A stretch of DNA of 64,000 nucleotides from an uncultured delta proteobacterium (GTDB lineage Bacteria; Desulfobacterota; Binatia; UBA9968). Shown piece by piece: positions 51,215-61,179 of this stretch; positions within the stretch are counted from its first letter, which is position 1, and each line of letters starts with the position of its first letter. The stretch spans positions 9,411 through 73,410 of the forward strand of contig CAVWLW010000007.1 in the NCBI GenBank assembly GCA_963755715.1, in the 5' to 3' direction. The position numbers and the translations under genes were made by a program. The notes beneath the pieces were generated by a model. That model ran no database searches. It saw only the letters and a list, made by a program, of their open reading frames with translations, and had not been told where the DNA came from.

Positions 51215-52492
51215 ATGCCCAGCGAAATCAAAGGTCTCAAGTTCCTCGTGCGCGCGTTAGGTTCGCGAAACTTTCGGCTGTTTTTCTTCGGCCAAGCCGT
51301 GTCGTTGATCGGCACCTGGATGCAAATCATCGCCATGCGCTGGCTGGTCTATCGCTTGACAAAATCCGAGCTGATGTTGGGCATGGTGGGATTTATCAGC
51401 GACGTCCCGCTCTTTCTGCTCGTGCCATTTGCCGGTGTCTTGGCGGACCGGCTCAAACGTCACCGCATCATGGTTGTCACCCAGGCATTCTCGGCTCTTC
51501 AGGCGGCGGTGTTGGCGGCGCTTGTCCTCACAGATCAAGTTGCCGTCTGGCATGTGTTCGTTCTCGGCGGCCTGCTCGGCGTCGTCAGCGCCTTCGATAT
51601 CACCGCGCGCCAAGCCTTCATCGTCGACATCATCGAGAAAAGAGAGAGCCTGCCCAATGCCATCGCTCTAAACTCTTTCATTTTTAACGGCGCCCTGCTC
51701 ATCGGTCCCGCCGTCGCCGGCATCCTGATCGCCCTGGTCGGAGAAGGACCGTGCTTCGCTCTCAACAGTTTGAGTTACCTGGTGGTCTTAGGCGCGCTCT
51801 TTCTGATGAAAATCCCGGAAAAGACATTTTCCGCCAGCCCGCTCGATTTCAAGAAAGCGATCGTGGAAGGCGCCGCTTACACGCTCGCTTCGGTGCCCAT
51901 GCGATCCATCTTGATGTTCGTTGCCGCGGTCAGTCTCGTCGCCGCATCCTACACGCTGCTCATGCCGGTATTTGCCGAAGACATCCTGCAAGGCGGCCCG
52001 CGTGTCTTCGGCTATCTCATGTCCGCCACCGGCGTGGGCGCACTCGCGGGCGCGATCTTTCTTGCCTCGCGCAGCCGCCTCAAAGGACTGGCCGAGGTCA
52101 TTGTCATCGCCGGCACCCTCTACGGCGTCGGCCTGGTGGCTTTATCCTTCTCGCGCTTCCTATCGATCGCTTTGATCATTGCCCTGGTGCTGGGCTTCTC
52201 TCTGATGATGCAAATGGCCTCGAGCAACACCATCGTCCAGAGCATCGTCGACGACCAAAAACGCGGCCGGGTACTGAGCTTCTTTGTGATGGCACGTCGC
52301 GGTGTCGAATCGCTGGGCAGCCTATTGTTCGGCGTCATCGCCAACTGGGTCGGCACGCCCGGGACTCTGATGATCGGCGGCGCGGTCTGCCTGCTTGCGG
52401 TAGCCGCTTTTGCCACCCAACTTTCATCGATTCGGCAAGCCAGCCACTTGTTCGACGAGGATAAGAAACGCGCAAGGCGTGAAAATGCGTGA
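51215..52492 (+). CDS. MFS transporter (MFS_3/EntS-like)
   Basis: RNFRLFFFGQAVSLIGTWMQ, GVLADRLKR, NAIALNS, KRGRVLS; multiple TM segments. Confidence 0.93.
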   Translation: MPSEIKGLKFLVRALGSRNFRLFFFGQAVSLIGTWMQIIAMRWLVYRLTKSELMLGMVGFISDVPLFLLVPFAGVLADRLKRHRIMVVTQAFSALQAAVLAALVLTDQVAVWHVFVLGGLLGVVSAFDITARQAFIVDIIEKRESLPNAIALNSFIFNGALLIGPAVAGILIALVGEGPCFALNSLSYLVVLGALFLMKIPEKTFSASPLDFKKAIVEGAAYTLASVPMRSILMFVAAVSLVAASYTLLMPVFAEDILQGGPRVFGYLMSATGVGALAGAIFLASRSRLKGLAEVIVIAGTLYGVGLVALSFSRFLSIALIIALVLGFSLMMQMASSNTIVQSIVDDQKRGRVLSFFVMARRGVESLGSLLFGVIANWVGTPGTLMIGGAVCLLAVAAFATQLSSIRQASHLFDEDKKRARRENA

Positions 52493-52659
52493 CCGTGCAA
52501 TCAAAGAGTGCGTCACGGCACAGTCGGTAGCATTTTTCTTGCTGGCCTCGGCAGAATCCTCCAGACGTATCGAAAAATAATCCCGCTCCAGGGACAGCAT
52601 AAGCACATTTTCTCTTTCGTTTGTCGCTGTTAGGAGACCTGTGAGATGCCTTCGTTACA

Positions 52660-52675
52660 TGGCATCAGAAATGCT
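52660..52675 (+). promoter_or_regulatory. Candidate sigma54 promoter
   Basis: TGGCAT-cagaa-ATGCT (GG-N10-GC) upstream of the entericidin gene. Confidence 0.6.
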
Positions 52676-52719
52676 CTTTGACGCCTACAGGTTGTAACAA
52701 TAAAAAGAGAGGTGATTTT

Positions 52720-52890
52720 ATGGATGGTCATTTTATGAGAAAAATCTTTTCGGCGCTGATTATAGCTGGTTCGCTAGCGGGTATCCTGGGTTCGTTCGCC
52801 TGCAATACGGTTCACGGGTTGGGGCAAGACATTGAGCGTGGAGGCGAAAAAACTCAGGACGCGGCGGATTCTGTGAAAAGACGGTTGTAA
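52720..52890 (+). CDS. Entericidin EcnA/B-family lipoprotein
   Basis: Lipobox plus signature ACNTVHGLGQDIERGGE. Confidence 0.9.
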   Translation: MDGHFMRKIFSALIIAGSLAGILGSFACNTVHGLGQDIERGGEKTQDAADSVKRRL

Positions 52891-53142
52891 GAAACGGATT
52901 CTCGGTCAGCCGCAATCACCGATTCGGGTCGAGAAGCGGTCGGCGGTTGCGCTGTATTATGTCAGCCTGCTTCACTCCGGTCCGTGAATATCTCGAACAC
53001 GATCACGAACACGTCGATTCTCAGACCTAATGTTCAGCAGGCCGAGCGCCCGATTAGTTGTTCCCTGGAGGTTTTGGAAAGCTGGAGGGCCGCCTTCGAT
53101 TTGGCGGCCCTCCACGCATACCGAAAACATTTCGGTCAGACA

Positions 53143-53454
53143 TCAGTCGTGATCATGATCACGGTCACGATGCCATCGGTCACGGTTTTGCCCGTATATA
53201 TCTCTTCGGTCTTGACGGATTTCCCTCTTCTGATCGCGTATCTTCTCGTTGTATTCACGGGCTTCGCGCCTGTCGCCCTCGCGGCGCTCCTGGTTACGCC
53301 GCTGTCTTAACTCTTCGAGCTGTCGCTGGTCTCTGCGTAGCTCTTCACGCTGTTTATGATCGCCGGGCGGGTTATCGGCATAACTGCGTCCACTCGGGAT
53401 CAGTAGAGAAGCCGCCAGCAAACTCAGAGATATTATTGATATCGATTTTTTCAT
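53143..53454 (-). CDS. Small secreted Arg/Asp/Glu-rich low-complexity protein
   Basis: AAGGAGG RBS; signal peptide ending SYA; RRDQRQ...IRQDRRDI...RDRDHDHD. Confidence 0.75.
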   Translation of the reverse strand: MKKSISIISLSLLAASLLIPSGRSYADNPPGDHKQREELRRDQRQLEELRQRRNQERREGDRREAREYNEKIRDQKREIRQDRRDIYGQNRDRWHRDRDHDHD

Positions 53455-53485
53455 TCTTGTTCCTCCTTTTCTGTGAAAGAAGAAC

Positions 53486-53502
53486 CGCAATCACCATACC
53501 AA
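53486..53502 (-). promoter_or_regulatory. Candidate sigma54 promoter
   Basis: Minus strand TTGGTAT-ggtga-TTGCG (GG-N10-GC), about 30 nt before ATG 53454. Confidence 0.6.
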
Positions 53503-53682
53503 GAGCGTAAATGTTAGATAACTTTAGACTTGCGCAATACTGAAGCAGCATCGAGTAAGGGAATTCCGTGCGGAGTCTTGAGAAATTTCGTACGTCCCAA
53601 TTAAGCGATAGAATCCGATAAAACGTGAGGCGAATCGTCGAAGCGCGTCAGCGCATATTTTTTTTCATCGAGATTCGCGCCT

Positions 53683-54498
53683 TCAAATATACATGCCTAC
53701 GTCTTGATTGACGCGGGCGAGCGGTGACAGGCGGGCAAACAACCGTTTCATCGCCCAATTCGTCAGGGCGGCGAGAATAAATACAAAAAGCAGCAGCGAA
53801 TACATGTCGGCGATGCGAAACTGACCGTAGTATTCGACGATCATGAAACCCAATCCGGCTTTGGCAATCTTCGTTTCCGCGAGCAACGCGCCGGTCACCG
53901 CCGCGCCCATGCCGATTCTTATGCCGCTGAAAACCTGGCCGGCGATTGCCGGCAGGTAGACGCGGGTGGCGATTTGCATCGGGCTGGCGCCGACCGTGCG
54001 CGCCACGTCGACGTAAACTTTCTTGACTTCCCTCATGCCGGCGATGGTCAACAGCGCGATCGGAAAAAACGCCGCGATGGCGCCGACCGCAAGCTTGGAC
54101 TGAACGCCGATACCCAGGAATAAAATAAATATCGGAAAGATGACGATCTTCGGTACAACAGCGGCATATAGAATGAGCGGCTCGACGACCTCCAGCCAGC
54201 TTTGCCGGCTGCCCCAGAGAATCCCAAGAGGCACGCCGCATAGGGCGGCGAGGGCGAGCGCGCCGCCGATTTCGTAGAGGCTCGCTTTAATGTGCGGGAT
54301 CATCAGCGGCGTGCTGATGTATAGCCAAAGGGATTGCAGGATCTCCAGGACGGAAGGAAAAAGCTCGGGGAACAAGAGTCCGGTACGGCCGATAAATTCC
54401 CACGCGGCGACGACGGCCAGAAGCGTCAGCGCTTGTACGCCGAACGGCGTCTGAATATGCGCTGCGAAGGCAGCGGAATTCTTTTCGGCTCGATCCAT
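53683..54498 (-). CDS. NitT/TauT ABC permease
   Basis: C-terminal part of ORF 53683..55044 from MDRAEK; YVDVARTVGAS EAA loop. Confidence 0.9.
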   Translation of the reverse strand: MDRAEKNSAAFAAHIQTPFGVQALTLLAVVAAWEFIGRTGLLFPELFPSVLEILQSLWLYISTPLMIPHIKASLYEIGGALALAALCGVPLGILWGSRQSWLEVVEPLILYAAVVPKIVIFPIFILFLGIGVQSKLAVGAIAAFFPIALLTIAGMREVKKVYVDVARTVGASPMQIATRVYLPAIAGQVFSGIRIGMGAAVTGALLAETKIAKAGLGFMIVEYYGQFRIADMYSLLLFVFILAALTNWAMKRLFARLSPLARVNQDVGMYI

Positions 54499-54500
54499 GG

Positions 54501-55247
54501 CTATTTGCGCACCAAGACTTCGCTCCGGTTGATCAGGTAAAGAAACAGAATCGACAACAGCATGGTGCCGAACAACCCGGCATAAACCTCTTCCACTTCG
54601 AACTTGAACGCCGCGTCGGACAACCACATGCCGACGCCACCGACCTGCGCGACGTACTCCAGGCCCAGCACCGACTTCAAAATATAAGTCAGTGCGAGAC
54701 GAAAGCCGCTGAAGATCGTCGGTGCCACGGCCGGTATCAGAATATGCCGAAACATCTGCTGGCGCGTCAGATTCATGCTGGCGCCGACTTGTAAGAGAAT
54801 CGGGTTGACGTTCTGAAAGGCGCCTTTGGTGTTGATAATGGTCGGGATCAGGCCAAATATCGACGAGAGCGCGATCACCGCGGCGCTGCCGCGGCCGAAC
54901 GTGACGAGAAAAATCGGATAGGCAAGAATCACCGGCGAAGAGAACAACGCCGCCAGCAACATCTCGTAGCTGTTGCCAATTAGCCGGTAACGCCAGAGCA
55001 GGAATCCGGCAAGCACGCCAAAAATGGTCGAGATCGTTAGGCACGCGGCGATTTCAAAGAGCGTGATTGCCGTCAACCAGAGCGCGTTGCCATGGACGAT
55101 TTGCTCCCATAGCACCACCGCCGCGCGCGTCGGCGCAGCGAGAAAAAACGTACTGATCCAACCCACGCGCACCGAGGTTTCGACGATCGCGAGGACGCCG
55201 AAGATCCAAAAGAAGCGCCAAGCCGCGAGTCGAGTGTTTTCGGACAT
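54501..55247 (-). CDS. NitT/TauT ABC permease
   Basis: TM helices; FRHILIPAVAPTIFSGFRL. Confidence 0.9.
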   Translation of the reverse strand: MSENTRLAAWRFFWIFGVLAIVETSVRVGWISTFFLAAPTRAAVVLWEQIVHGNALWLTAITLFEIAACLTISTIFGVLAGFLLWRYRLIGNSYEMLLAALFSSPVILAYPIFLVTFGRGSAAVIALSSIFGLIPTIINTKGAFQNVNPILLQVGASMNLTRQQMFRHILIPAVAPTIFSGFRLALTYILKSVLGLEYVAQVGGVGMWLSDAAFKFEVEEVYAGLFGTMLLSILFLYLINRSEVLVRK

Positions 55248-55259
55248 GATCGGAATAGT

Positions 55260-55341
55260 TTCACCGGAGAGACACAGGTTCGCAGAGATCGAACCATCTT
55301 AAGAAATTTTTTTTCCGCGTGCTCGGCGTCTCCGCGGTGAA
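55260..55341. repeat. Degenerate palindrome of ~9-nt units
   Basis: ttcaccggagagacacaggttcgcagaga ... ttccgcgtgctcggcgtctccgcggtgaa. Confidence 0.6.
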
Positions 55342-55350
55342 TTCATCTTG

Positions 55351-56359
55351 CTACGGCAAAAAGCTCAGATCGATCAGGCTATTGATCTCGGCTTGAGTCA
55401 ACGGCTGAGTTAAAAATTTGTTCCTTACGCCATCGTCGATGGTTGCCTGCAGGCCGCGGATCGGTTTGAGAGTCATCGCCGCTCTATTGTAATAGTCCCA
55501 CGTCCTCAGCACGGCGCCCTCCGGGTATTTCATTTCAGCCCGGCGAATCCAAATTTTCGCGGTCTCCTCTTTGTGCTCGAACATGTAGTCGAGAGCGCGC
55601 TGTTGCGCTCTGAAAAAGCCGCGCACAGCATCGGGATTCTTGGCGGCGAAATCGTTGTTGATGAAGTGCACGCGCGGGGTAATCTCTTTCATCGCCGCAA
55701 TCTCGTCGCCTTTCACGACGACGCGCAGCACCCCTTTTTCCACCAGGTCCAATTGAAACGGCGCCACCGACCAGCCGGAGTCGGCCTGCCCGGTGCGAAC
55801 CGCGGTGTAAACCTCCGGGATGCCACCCAGCGACACCGGCTCGGCGGGTTTCAATCCTTTGGCTTTGATCTGATCGGCGATGGCCATGACCGCCATATGG
55901 CTCGAAGAGCCCGGCCGGCTATAGGCAACTTTCTTGCCGGCGAGGTCTTCGATTTTATGGATCGGCGTATTGCTCTGCACGTACCAAAACGCGTCCATGC
56001 CGGTGATCTCGGCGCCGGCGATTTTGATCGGCGCTTTTTTCACGAACGCGCTGATCACCGCCAAGGTGCCGGTGCCGAGGCCGATCTGGGCGTCGCCGGA
56101 AACCACCGCTTGCACGTTCTCGCCGCCGCCGCGGGTGAAGACGGCGTCGACATCGATATTGTTTTCGCGGTAGAAGCCCTTTTCCTGGGCGATGTAAACC
56201 GGCAGGGCGACGGTAAACAAGATGCGGTGCGGCACCACGATGATGATCTTCGTGCGCGCCGCGGCTGCCCAAGCTGGAAACAGCAAATGCGAATAGAACG
56301 AATGCAACAACCAGGCCCGATACGACACAATTTTTAGCGTTGCTGACTTGTTTCTTCAT
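55351..56359 (-). CDS. NitT/TauT solute-binding protein (signal region frameshifted)
   Basis: AAGGAGG RBS before ATG 56359 (MKKQ); EKGFYRENNIDV, TRGGGENVQAVVSG, SRPGSSS. Confidence 0.88.
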
Positions 56360-56370
56360 GCTGTGCCTCC

Positions 56371-57171
56371 TTACATTCGCTGTTCGGTTTGCTTGAAGCT
56401 TTTGATCGATTCTTCTCTGAGCGCGCCCCACACCTGGCCGACGAGCTTGCCGAATCGGTCCGAGGCGATGATCGTCGAGTCGCGCGGATGGGGCAAGTCG
56501 ATGGGCACGACTTCTTTTACCCGCCCCGGCCGCGCGGTCATGATCATCACCCGGTCCGAGAGCTGCACCGACTCGTTGATATTATGCGTGACTAAAATAA
56601 TCGTCTGCTTGAGCTGATCGCGGATGCGCAACAACTCTTCGCCGAGAATGATGCGGGTTTGCTCGTCCAAGGCGCCGAAGGGCTCGTCCATCAGCAAGAT
56701 CTTCGGTTCGAGGACGAGCGCGCGGGCGATGGCGACGCGCTGTTTCATGCCGCCGGAAAGCTCCGACGGATAGCGCTCCTCGAACCCGGATAAGCCGACC
56801 AGGCGAATCATCTCACGGGATTTCTGCCGGCGCTGGTCCTGCGACACGCCGCGCATCTCGAGGCCGAACTCGACGTTTCCCAGCGTCGTGCGCCAGGGAA
56901 AAGTGGATTCTTCCTGAAATACCATGCCGAGCCAGGGATGCGGGCCGTTGACCTTGTCGGAGCCGACGGTCAATTCACCGCTCGATGCCGCAAGCAATCC
57001 GCCGATGATTCGTAGCAGCGTCGATTTGCCGCAGCCCGAGGGCCCGATGATCGAAAAAAATTCCCCCGCGCTGACGTCGAGCGAGACATCGTTGATCGCC
57101 ACGACTTGTTCTGAGCCGTTGTCGGCGTCGCCGAAGAATTTGCTGACGTTGCGTAAGGTCAAGATCGCCAT
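56371..57171 (-). CDS. NitT/TauT ABC ATP-binding protein
   Basis: GPSGCGKS, LSGGMKQR, MDEPF, VTH. Confidence 0.95.
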   Translation of the reverse strand: MAILTLRNVSKFFGDADNGSEQVVAINDVSLDVSAGEFFSIIGPSGCGKSTLLRIIGGLLAASSGELTVGSDKVNGPHPWLGMVFQEESTFPWRTTLGNVEFGLEMRGVSQDQRRQKSREMIRLVGLSGFEERYPSELSGGMKQRVAIARALVLEPKILLMDEPFGALDEQTRIILGEELLRIRDQLKQTIILVTHNINESVQLSDRVMIMTARPGRVKEVVPIDLPHPRDSTIIASDRFGKLVGQVWGALREESIKSFKQTEQRM

Positions 57172-57400
57172 CGATTTGTCTTACCGGACTGCGCTAAATC
57201 GCGCCCTACAAATAAGCGCAATCAGGAGGGCCGTCAAGGAGCTTTGACAGCAGGTAAACCCGACGAAGCTAGAAATGACTTTCCTCGCTTGAATTCGGGT
57301 TCGGTAGAGTTTTTCAGTAATGGGGGTCAACGATAGGTCATGTCTTGCAACGCGGCAATGCCTAATCTCGGCCGAAACTCGCGACTCGAAATTTGTCAGC

Positions 57401-58762
57401 TTACTCCGAGATAACCCGAACCGGCGCAGCTTCGGATCCTTCAATCGCCGGGGTGCCGCGAAAATCCACCGGCAGGGGCTGTTCGCCCAGCATATGGGCG
57501 ATCAATACCTCGCGCACGTTTTCCAAGTCCAGCCCCGTCGCAGTCGCCTGTTGAGCGACTTCCGCTAAAACGCGGTCGACGTCTTGCATCATTTTCCACT
57601 GCTTGAAGAGATCCGTTTTCTCGACGCCCATGGCCTCGCCGACCAGCTCCAGAAAATTGACGATCTTGAACGGCGAAGTGGTTTCGTGGGCGCATAGCTC
57701 GCGATGGCAGGCATGGTAGATGCCGACGAGATAGTCGACGCCGGCGGCTGCCGCCGCGTCGAGCTCGCGGGCGTGCAGCTCGCGTTTGTACGCCGGCACG
57801 GGCGCCAGCGAGTTGCACATGTAGCCGACCCGCGGTTGTTCCAGATCGACCAGCTCCAACCCCGGGATCGCCGTGAGAATCTTGATGGCGCCTTCGGTCA
57901 CGCCGGCCACGCCCGGATGCTCATGCAAGGCGACCCGCTTATGGATCGAGTGGACGAAGTGGGGGCGGAGCCGTTCGATGCGCGCGGCGATGTACGGCAC
58001 GACGTGCTCGAGATTGAAGCTTGCGTCGGTGCTCGGCATGACAATCTCGCTCAGCTGGATGTTGCAGGTCGGACACCACGTGAGCACGCGTGGAGCGCCC
58101 GTGCCGGCGAATCCGGCCACCGTGTTGCCGCCGATCTGTCCGGAGGTCCTGGTGTCGCCGGCGCGGTACTGAATCACGCCGCAACAATAAGCCGGCCCGG
58201 CAAAAACTTTGTAGCGCGTGCCGAGACGAGCCAAGACTTCGAGGCACAACAGCGCGATGTGCGGGGTCTTGAGAACGTTGCAACCGAGATACATGACGAT
58301 GTCCGGCGCCGGCTCTGAATCGGCGGCGGCCGCTCGCGTGAAGCCGGCGAGCAGGTCGGCCGGGAGTTGCAGACGCGAGAGCACCTTGACCGCGGTAGAC
58401 ATTTTCTTGAACCCGGCTCGCCCGGTGGCGCGCCGTTCGCTCGCTTGGCGCCGCTCATTGAGTCTCAGGCGGGTCGCCGCCAACATGAAACGCGGGTTAA
58501 TGCCGTCGTCGCAGGCGGAAATACACCGGCCGGAGCCGGTGCACGCGTTGGCCCAACGGGCGCCGCGGCTCGACGGATCACCGCCGCCGCGCAGGATATC
58601 CAGCACATCGCCGACGATCGCGGCGGGCTCGCTGGTATCGATTCCCGCCGGCGCCGCGGTGGGGCAGACCTCGACGCACTTCGCGCAGCGCGTGCAGCGG
58701 TCAAGAATGTCGCGCACGCGCAGGTCGATGGTGGCGATGAATGCATCAGCGTGATCGGTCAT
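57401..58762 (-). CDS. Fe-S protein with ferredoxin and CCG domains (GlcF/HdrD-like)
   Basis: CTRCAKCVEVCP, CTGSGRCISAC, YLGC, YCCG, WCPTC, YHACH. Confidence 0.85.
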   Translation of the reverse strand: MTDHADAFIATIDLRVRDILDRCTRCAKCVEVCPTAAPAGIDTSEPAAIVGDVLDILRGGGDPSSRGARWANACTGSGRCISACDDGINPRFMLAATRLRLNERRQASERRATGRAGFKKMSTAVKVLSRLQLPADLLAGFTRAAAADSEPAPDIVMYLGCNVLKTPHIALLCLEVLARLGTRYKVFAGPAYCCGVIQYRAGDTRTSGQIGGNTVAGFAGTGAPRVLTWCPTCNIQLSEIVMPSTDASFNLEHVVPYIAARIERLRPHFVHSIHKRVALHEHPGVAGVTEGAIKILTAIPGLELVDLEQPRVGYMCNSLAPVPAYKRELHARELDAAAAAGVDYLVGIYHACHRELCAHETTSPFKIVNFLELVGEAMGVEKTDLFKQWKMMQDVDRVLAEVAQQATATGLDLENVREVLIAHMLGEQPLPVDFRGTPAIEGSEAAPVRVISE

Positions 58763-58933
58763 AGTTCCCCTCTGCAAGCGCGCGAACCAACGGCTTTTAT
58801 CGGCAGCCGGAGTTTGCCTCTGTCCCAAGCCAGTTGTCAATTGTTATATGCTCACCACGAACAGAATTTGTCTGGTCCGTTCGCCCTGAGCCACGTCAAA
58901 GGGCTCCTGCTGTTATAATCCACTAGTATTTCT

Positions 58934-58965
58934 CTCCACGTTTCCGGAATCCCGGAAACGTGGAG
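58934..58965. terminator. Perfect 14-bp hairpin (terminator or RNA-stability element)
   Basis: ctccacgtttccgg-aatc-ccggaaacgtggag. Confidence 0.55.
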
Positions 58966-59087
58966 GTTCCTTTTAATTTTTAATCCTCAAAAGTTTTGAA
59001 CGGAGTGTAGTTTTTAAACCCGGTCCATCGTGAGCGTGCTTGACACACTCAGCTGAGGCTTTTCAACTTTGCACCGCCGCAAGGCTG

Positions 59088-59948
59088 TTATCGAACCGTC
59101 CTTTTCTCGATTTCCAGAAACCGCTCGAGTCGCGCGGTCTTTTGCGCGGCCTTCATTTCGCTCGCGGCTCCACCCCGGCCGAGCAGCGGATCGATCGTTC
59201 CCCGCGCGAGCGACTCGTAGGACTGGCGCGCGGCCTTGTACATCGCGGCGAAAGCAGACCCGGAGGATGCCGCCAGGCGGAACCCAAGCCCCGCCAGATC
59301 GGTCGGTGACAGCGGAAATTCGGCGAATCCGTCCTCGGGCGCAAAGATCATGAGCGGGGGCGCAAGACGCTCGCCGATGATCCGCATCTCATCCGGGTTG
59401 CGCGTATGCACGAAGAGCATGTCGGCGCCGGCCTGACGATAAGCCTCGGCGCGCCGCAAGGTCTCATCCATATCATGGAGCCGTCTGGCGTTGGTCCGCC
59501 CGATAATCAAAAAATCCGGATCGCTCCGCGCGGCGACCGCTTCCCTGATCTTGGAGACCATGAATTCCGGTGGAACCAGGTGTTCGACGCCAACGTGATG
59601 GTGGAACCTTCGGGGAAGCAGCTGATCTTCGATCTCGATCGCGTCGAATCCGGCGGCTTCGGACAGGCCGATCGTTCGGTGCATGTGCGCCGGATCGCCC
59701 CAACCGCCGCCGGCATCGAGAACGATCGGCAATTTGCACACGGTGCGCATCTCCACGGCCACCTGCGCCATTTCCGGAAGCGTCAGATTGGCTTCCGTTA
59801 CGCATTTCTGCCACCCGAGCGATCCGCCGCTCAGATAGAGCGCTTTAAAACCGACTTCCTCGGCGAGCCGCGCCATGATCGCATTGAGCGCGACCGGAGC
59901 GACGATGAGATCGTGACCTTCGATGAGCCTCTTCAACCGTTCCATCAC
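59088..59948 (-). CDS. Isocitrate lyase/PEP mutase superfamily enzyme
   Basis: GFKALYLSG, LPIVLDAGGGWG, IEIEDQ, IIGRTNA, AYRQAGADMLF. Confidence 0.9.
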   Translation of the reverse strand: MMERLKRLIEGHDLIVAPVALNAIMARLAEEVGFKALYLSGGSLGWQKCVTEANLTLPEMAQVAVEMRTVCKLPIVLDAGGGWGDPAHMHRTIGLSEAAGFDAIEIEDQLLPRRFHHHVGVEHLVPPEFMVSKIREAVAARSDPDFLIIGRTNARRLHDMDETLRRAEAYRQAGADMLFVHTRNPDEMRIIGERLAPPLMIFAPEDGFAEFPLSPTDLAGLGFRLAASSGSAFAAMYKAARQSYESLARGTIDPLLGRGGAASEMKAAQKTARLERFLEIEKRTVR

Positions 59949-60198
59949 GAACCTCCTTTCACAATTGCTTGCGAGTCATCGGGGACGAATGCTCGGATGC
60001 CTTCTGCTAGAAATGCTGCGTGACTTTTCCGTCTTTCCGACGTAGCTCAGAACCATACACGTTACAATGTCGGCAGCCGCAGTGCGAAGTTAGCGTGTCA
60101 CTAAGAAGCCACGGTTTCAACTCATATTTGAACAGCTTGGAATGGAGCAAAGTGATGGAAGATTTTGAACGTGTGAAACGAATCAGTGTCGCACTGTG

Positions 60199-60528
60199 CT
60201 AAGGCCAATCGTCGCCGTTCGAGTAATGCGACCAATCGGATTTTTGCAAAGCGTCAACAAACGCTGGAACGAAAGACTCGACTTTCTGTTGGGGCACGAT
60301 CACACGGAGAACTTTGACTTGGGACGGGTCTCGCATCTGGCGCACGTTGTGGGCAAAAGCAGAGTCCCTCGTAAAACAAAGATCGTAACCGATGGCGACT
60401 TGCCGATAGAGCGTCCCGTTATCGAGCCCCTTGAGCTTGAGATGATTCACCGAATCAACCTCGTGGCCGAGGCCTTCGAGAGCACCGACTAGAGATTCAG
60501 GCATGTTCTCGTCGAGAAGGATTTTCAC
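60199..60528 (-). CDS. DUF5615 PIN-like toxin (VapC45-like)
   Basis: MKILLDENMP...LGHEV...GLDN...TRDSAF. Confidence 0.85.
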   Translation of the reverse strand: MKILLDENMPESLVGALEGLGHEVDSVNHLKLKGLDNGTLYRQVAIGYDLCFTRDSAFAHNVRQMRDPSQVKVLRVIVPQQKVESFVPAFVDALQKSDWSHYSNGDDWP

Positions 60529-60730
60529 TTGGTGCCAGCAAATCGGAATGGGCTAATTCTTCCAACACTCCGCGAATCGACTCTTCCGTGAGACTCGGGT
60601 ATTCCTTTGCAATCTCACCGATGGTCATTCCCGCAGCCAGCCATTCCAGAAGCAATGCTACCGAGATTCGAGTATCCCGGACGCGGGGTTTGCCTCCAAG
60701 ATGATCGGCGTCTGATACGATCCAGGCCAT
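60497..60730 (-). CDS. DUF433 antitoxin (VapB45-like)
   Basis: IVSDADHLGGKPRVRDTRISV...GMTIGEIAKEYPSLT; overlaps the toxin start. Confidence 0.88.
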   Translation of the reverse strand: MAWIVSDADHLGGKPRVRDTRISVALLLEWLAAGMTIGEIAKEYPSLTEESIRGVLEELAHSDLLAPSENPSRREHA

Positions 60731-60905
60731 AGCTTTCTCCGTCGAAGGCGAATCTACCATAGTTTGATGCGGCGTCGCTACCAGCTTATTTGGCGCCGAC
60801 GACCTCAAACTTCTTGAGAATTGCCAAAACATGCAAGCGCTCCTTCAACCTTTGAACAGCCTGCGGAGAACGCAGTTCCAAGCGCGCGGCATCAGCGACG
60901 TGAGT

Positions 60906-61085
60906 TTAGCCGAGGCCAAAAACCAGCTTGATCGCAACAATGCCGTTCGTCACTGCTATGCTCGACAGGATCATCCCATCACCCGGGAAACGACGCTGAG
61001 TCCGCCCTTTCCCAGCAACCGGTTGATAGGCTCGGCGGCGAAGTAGATCAAGGCGATCACTGCCAGAGTGACTGCTGGATGAAGG
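60906..61085 (-). pseudogene. 3' fragment of a MarC-family membrane protein
   Basis: IYFAAEPINRLLGKGGLSVVSRVMG, frameshift, MILSSIAVTNGIVAIKLVFGLG*; no 5' part before dinB. Confidence 0.7.
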
Positions 61086-61179
61086 ACCGGCTGTAATTTT
61101 CCGTGAGCAAGGTGACGGTCAACATCGCTCCCCGGGGCGCGTCGCAAACTCGGGTCGAACATGAAACAATCTACAGCGC

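Noticed and set aside
53683-55044. 453-aa fused permease
   Set aside because: The N-terminal part is an off-frame overlap with the permease at 54501-55247; the real start is ATG 54498.
61155-61170. LexA box upstream of dinB (gaacatgaaacaatc)
   Set aside because: Only a partial match to known SOS boxes, and no second copy was seen before the AlkB gene.
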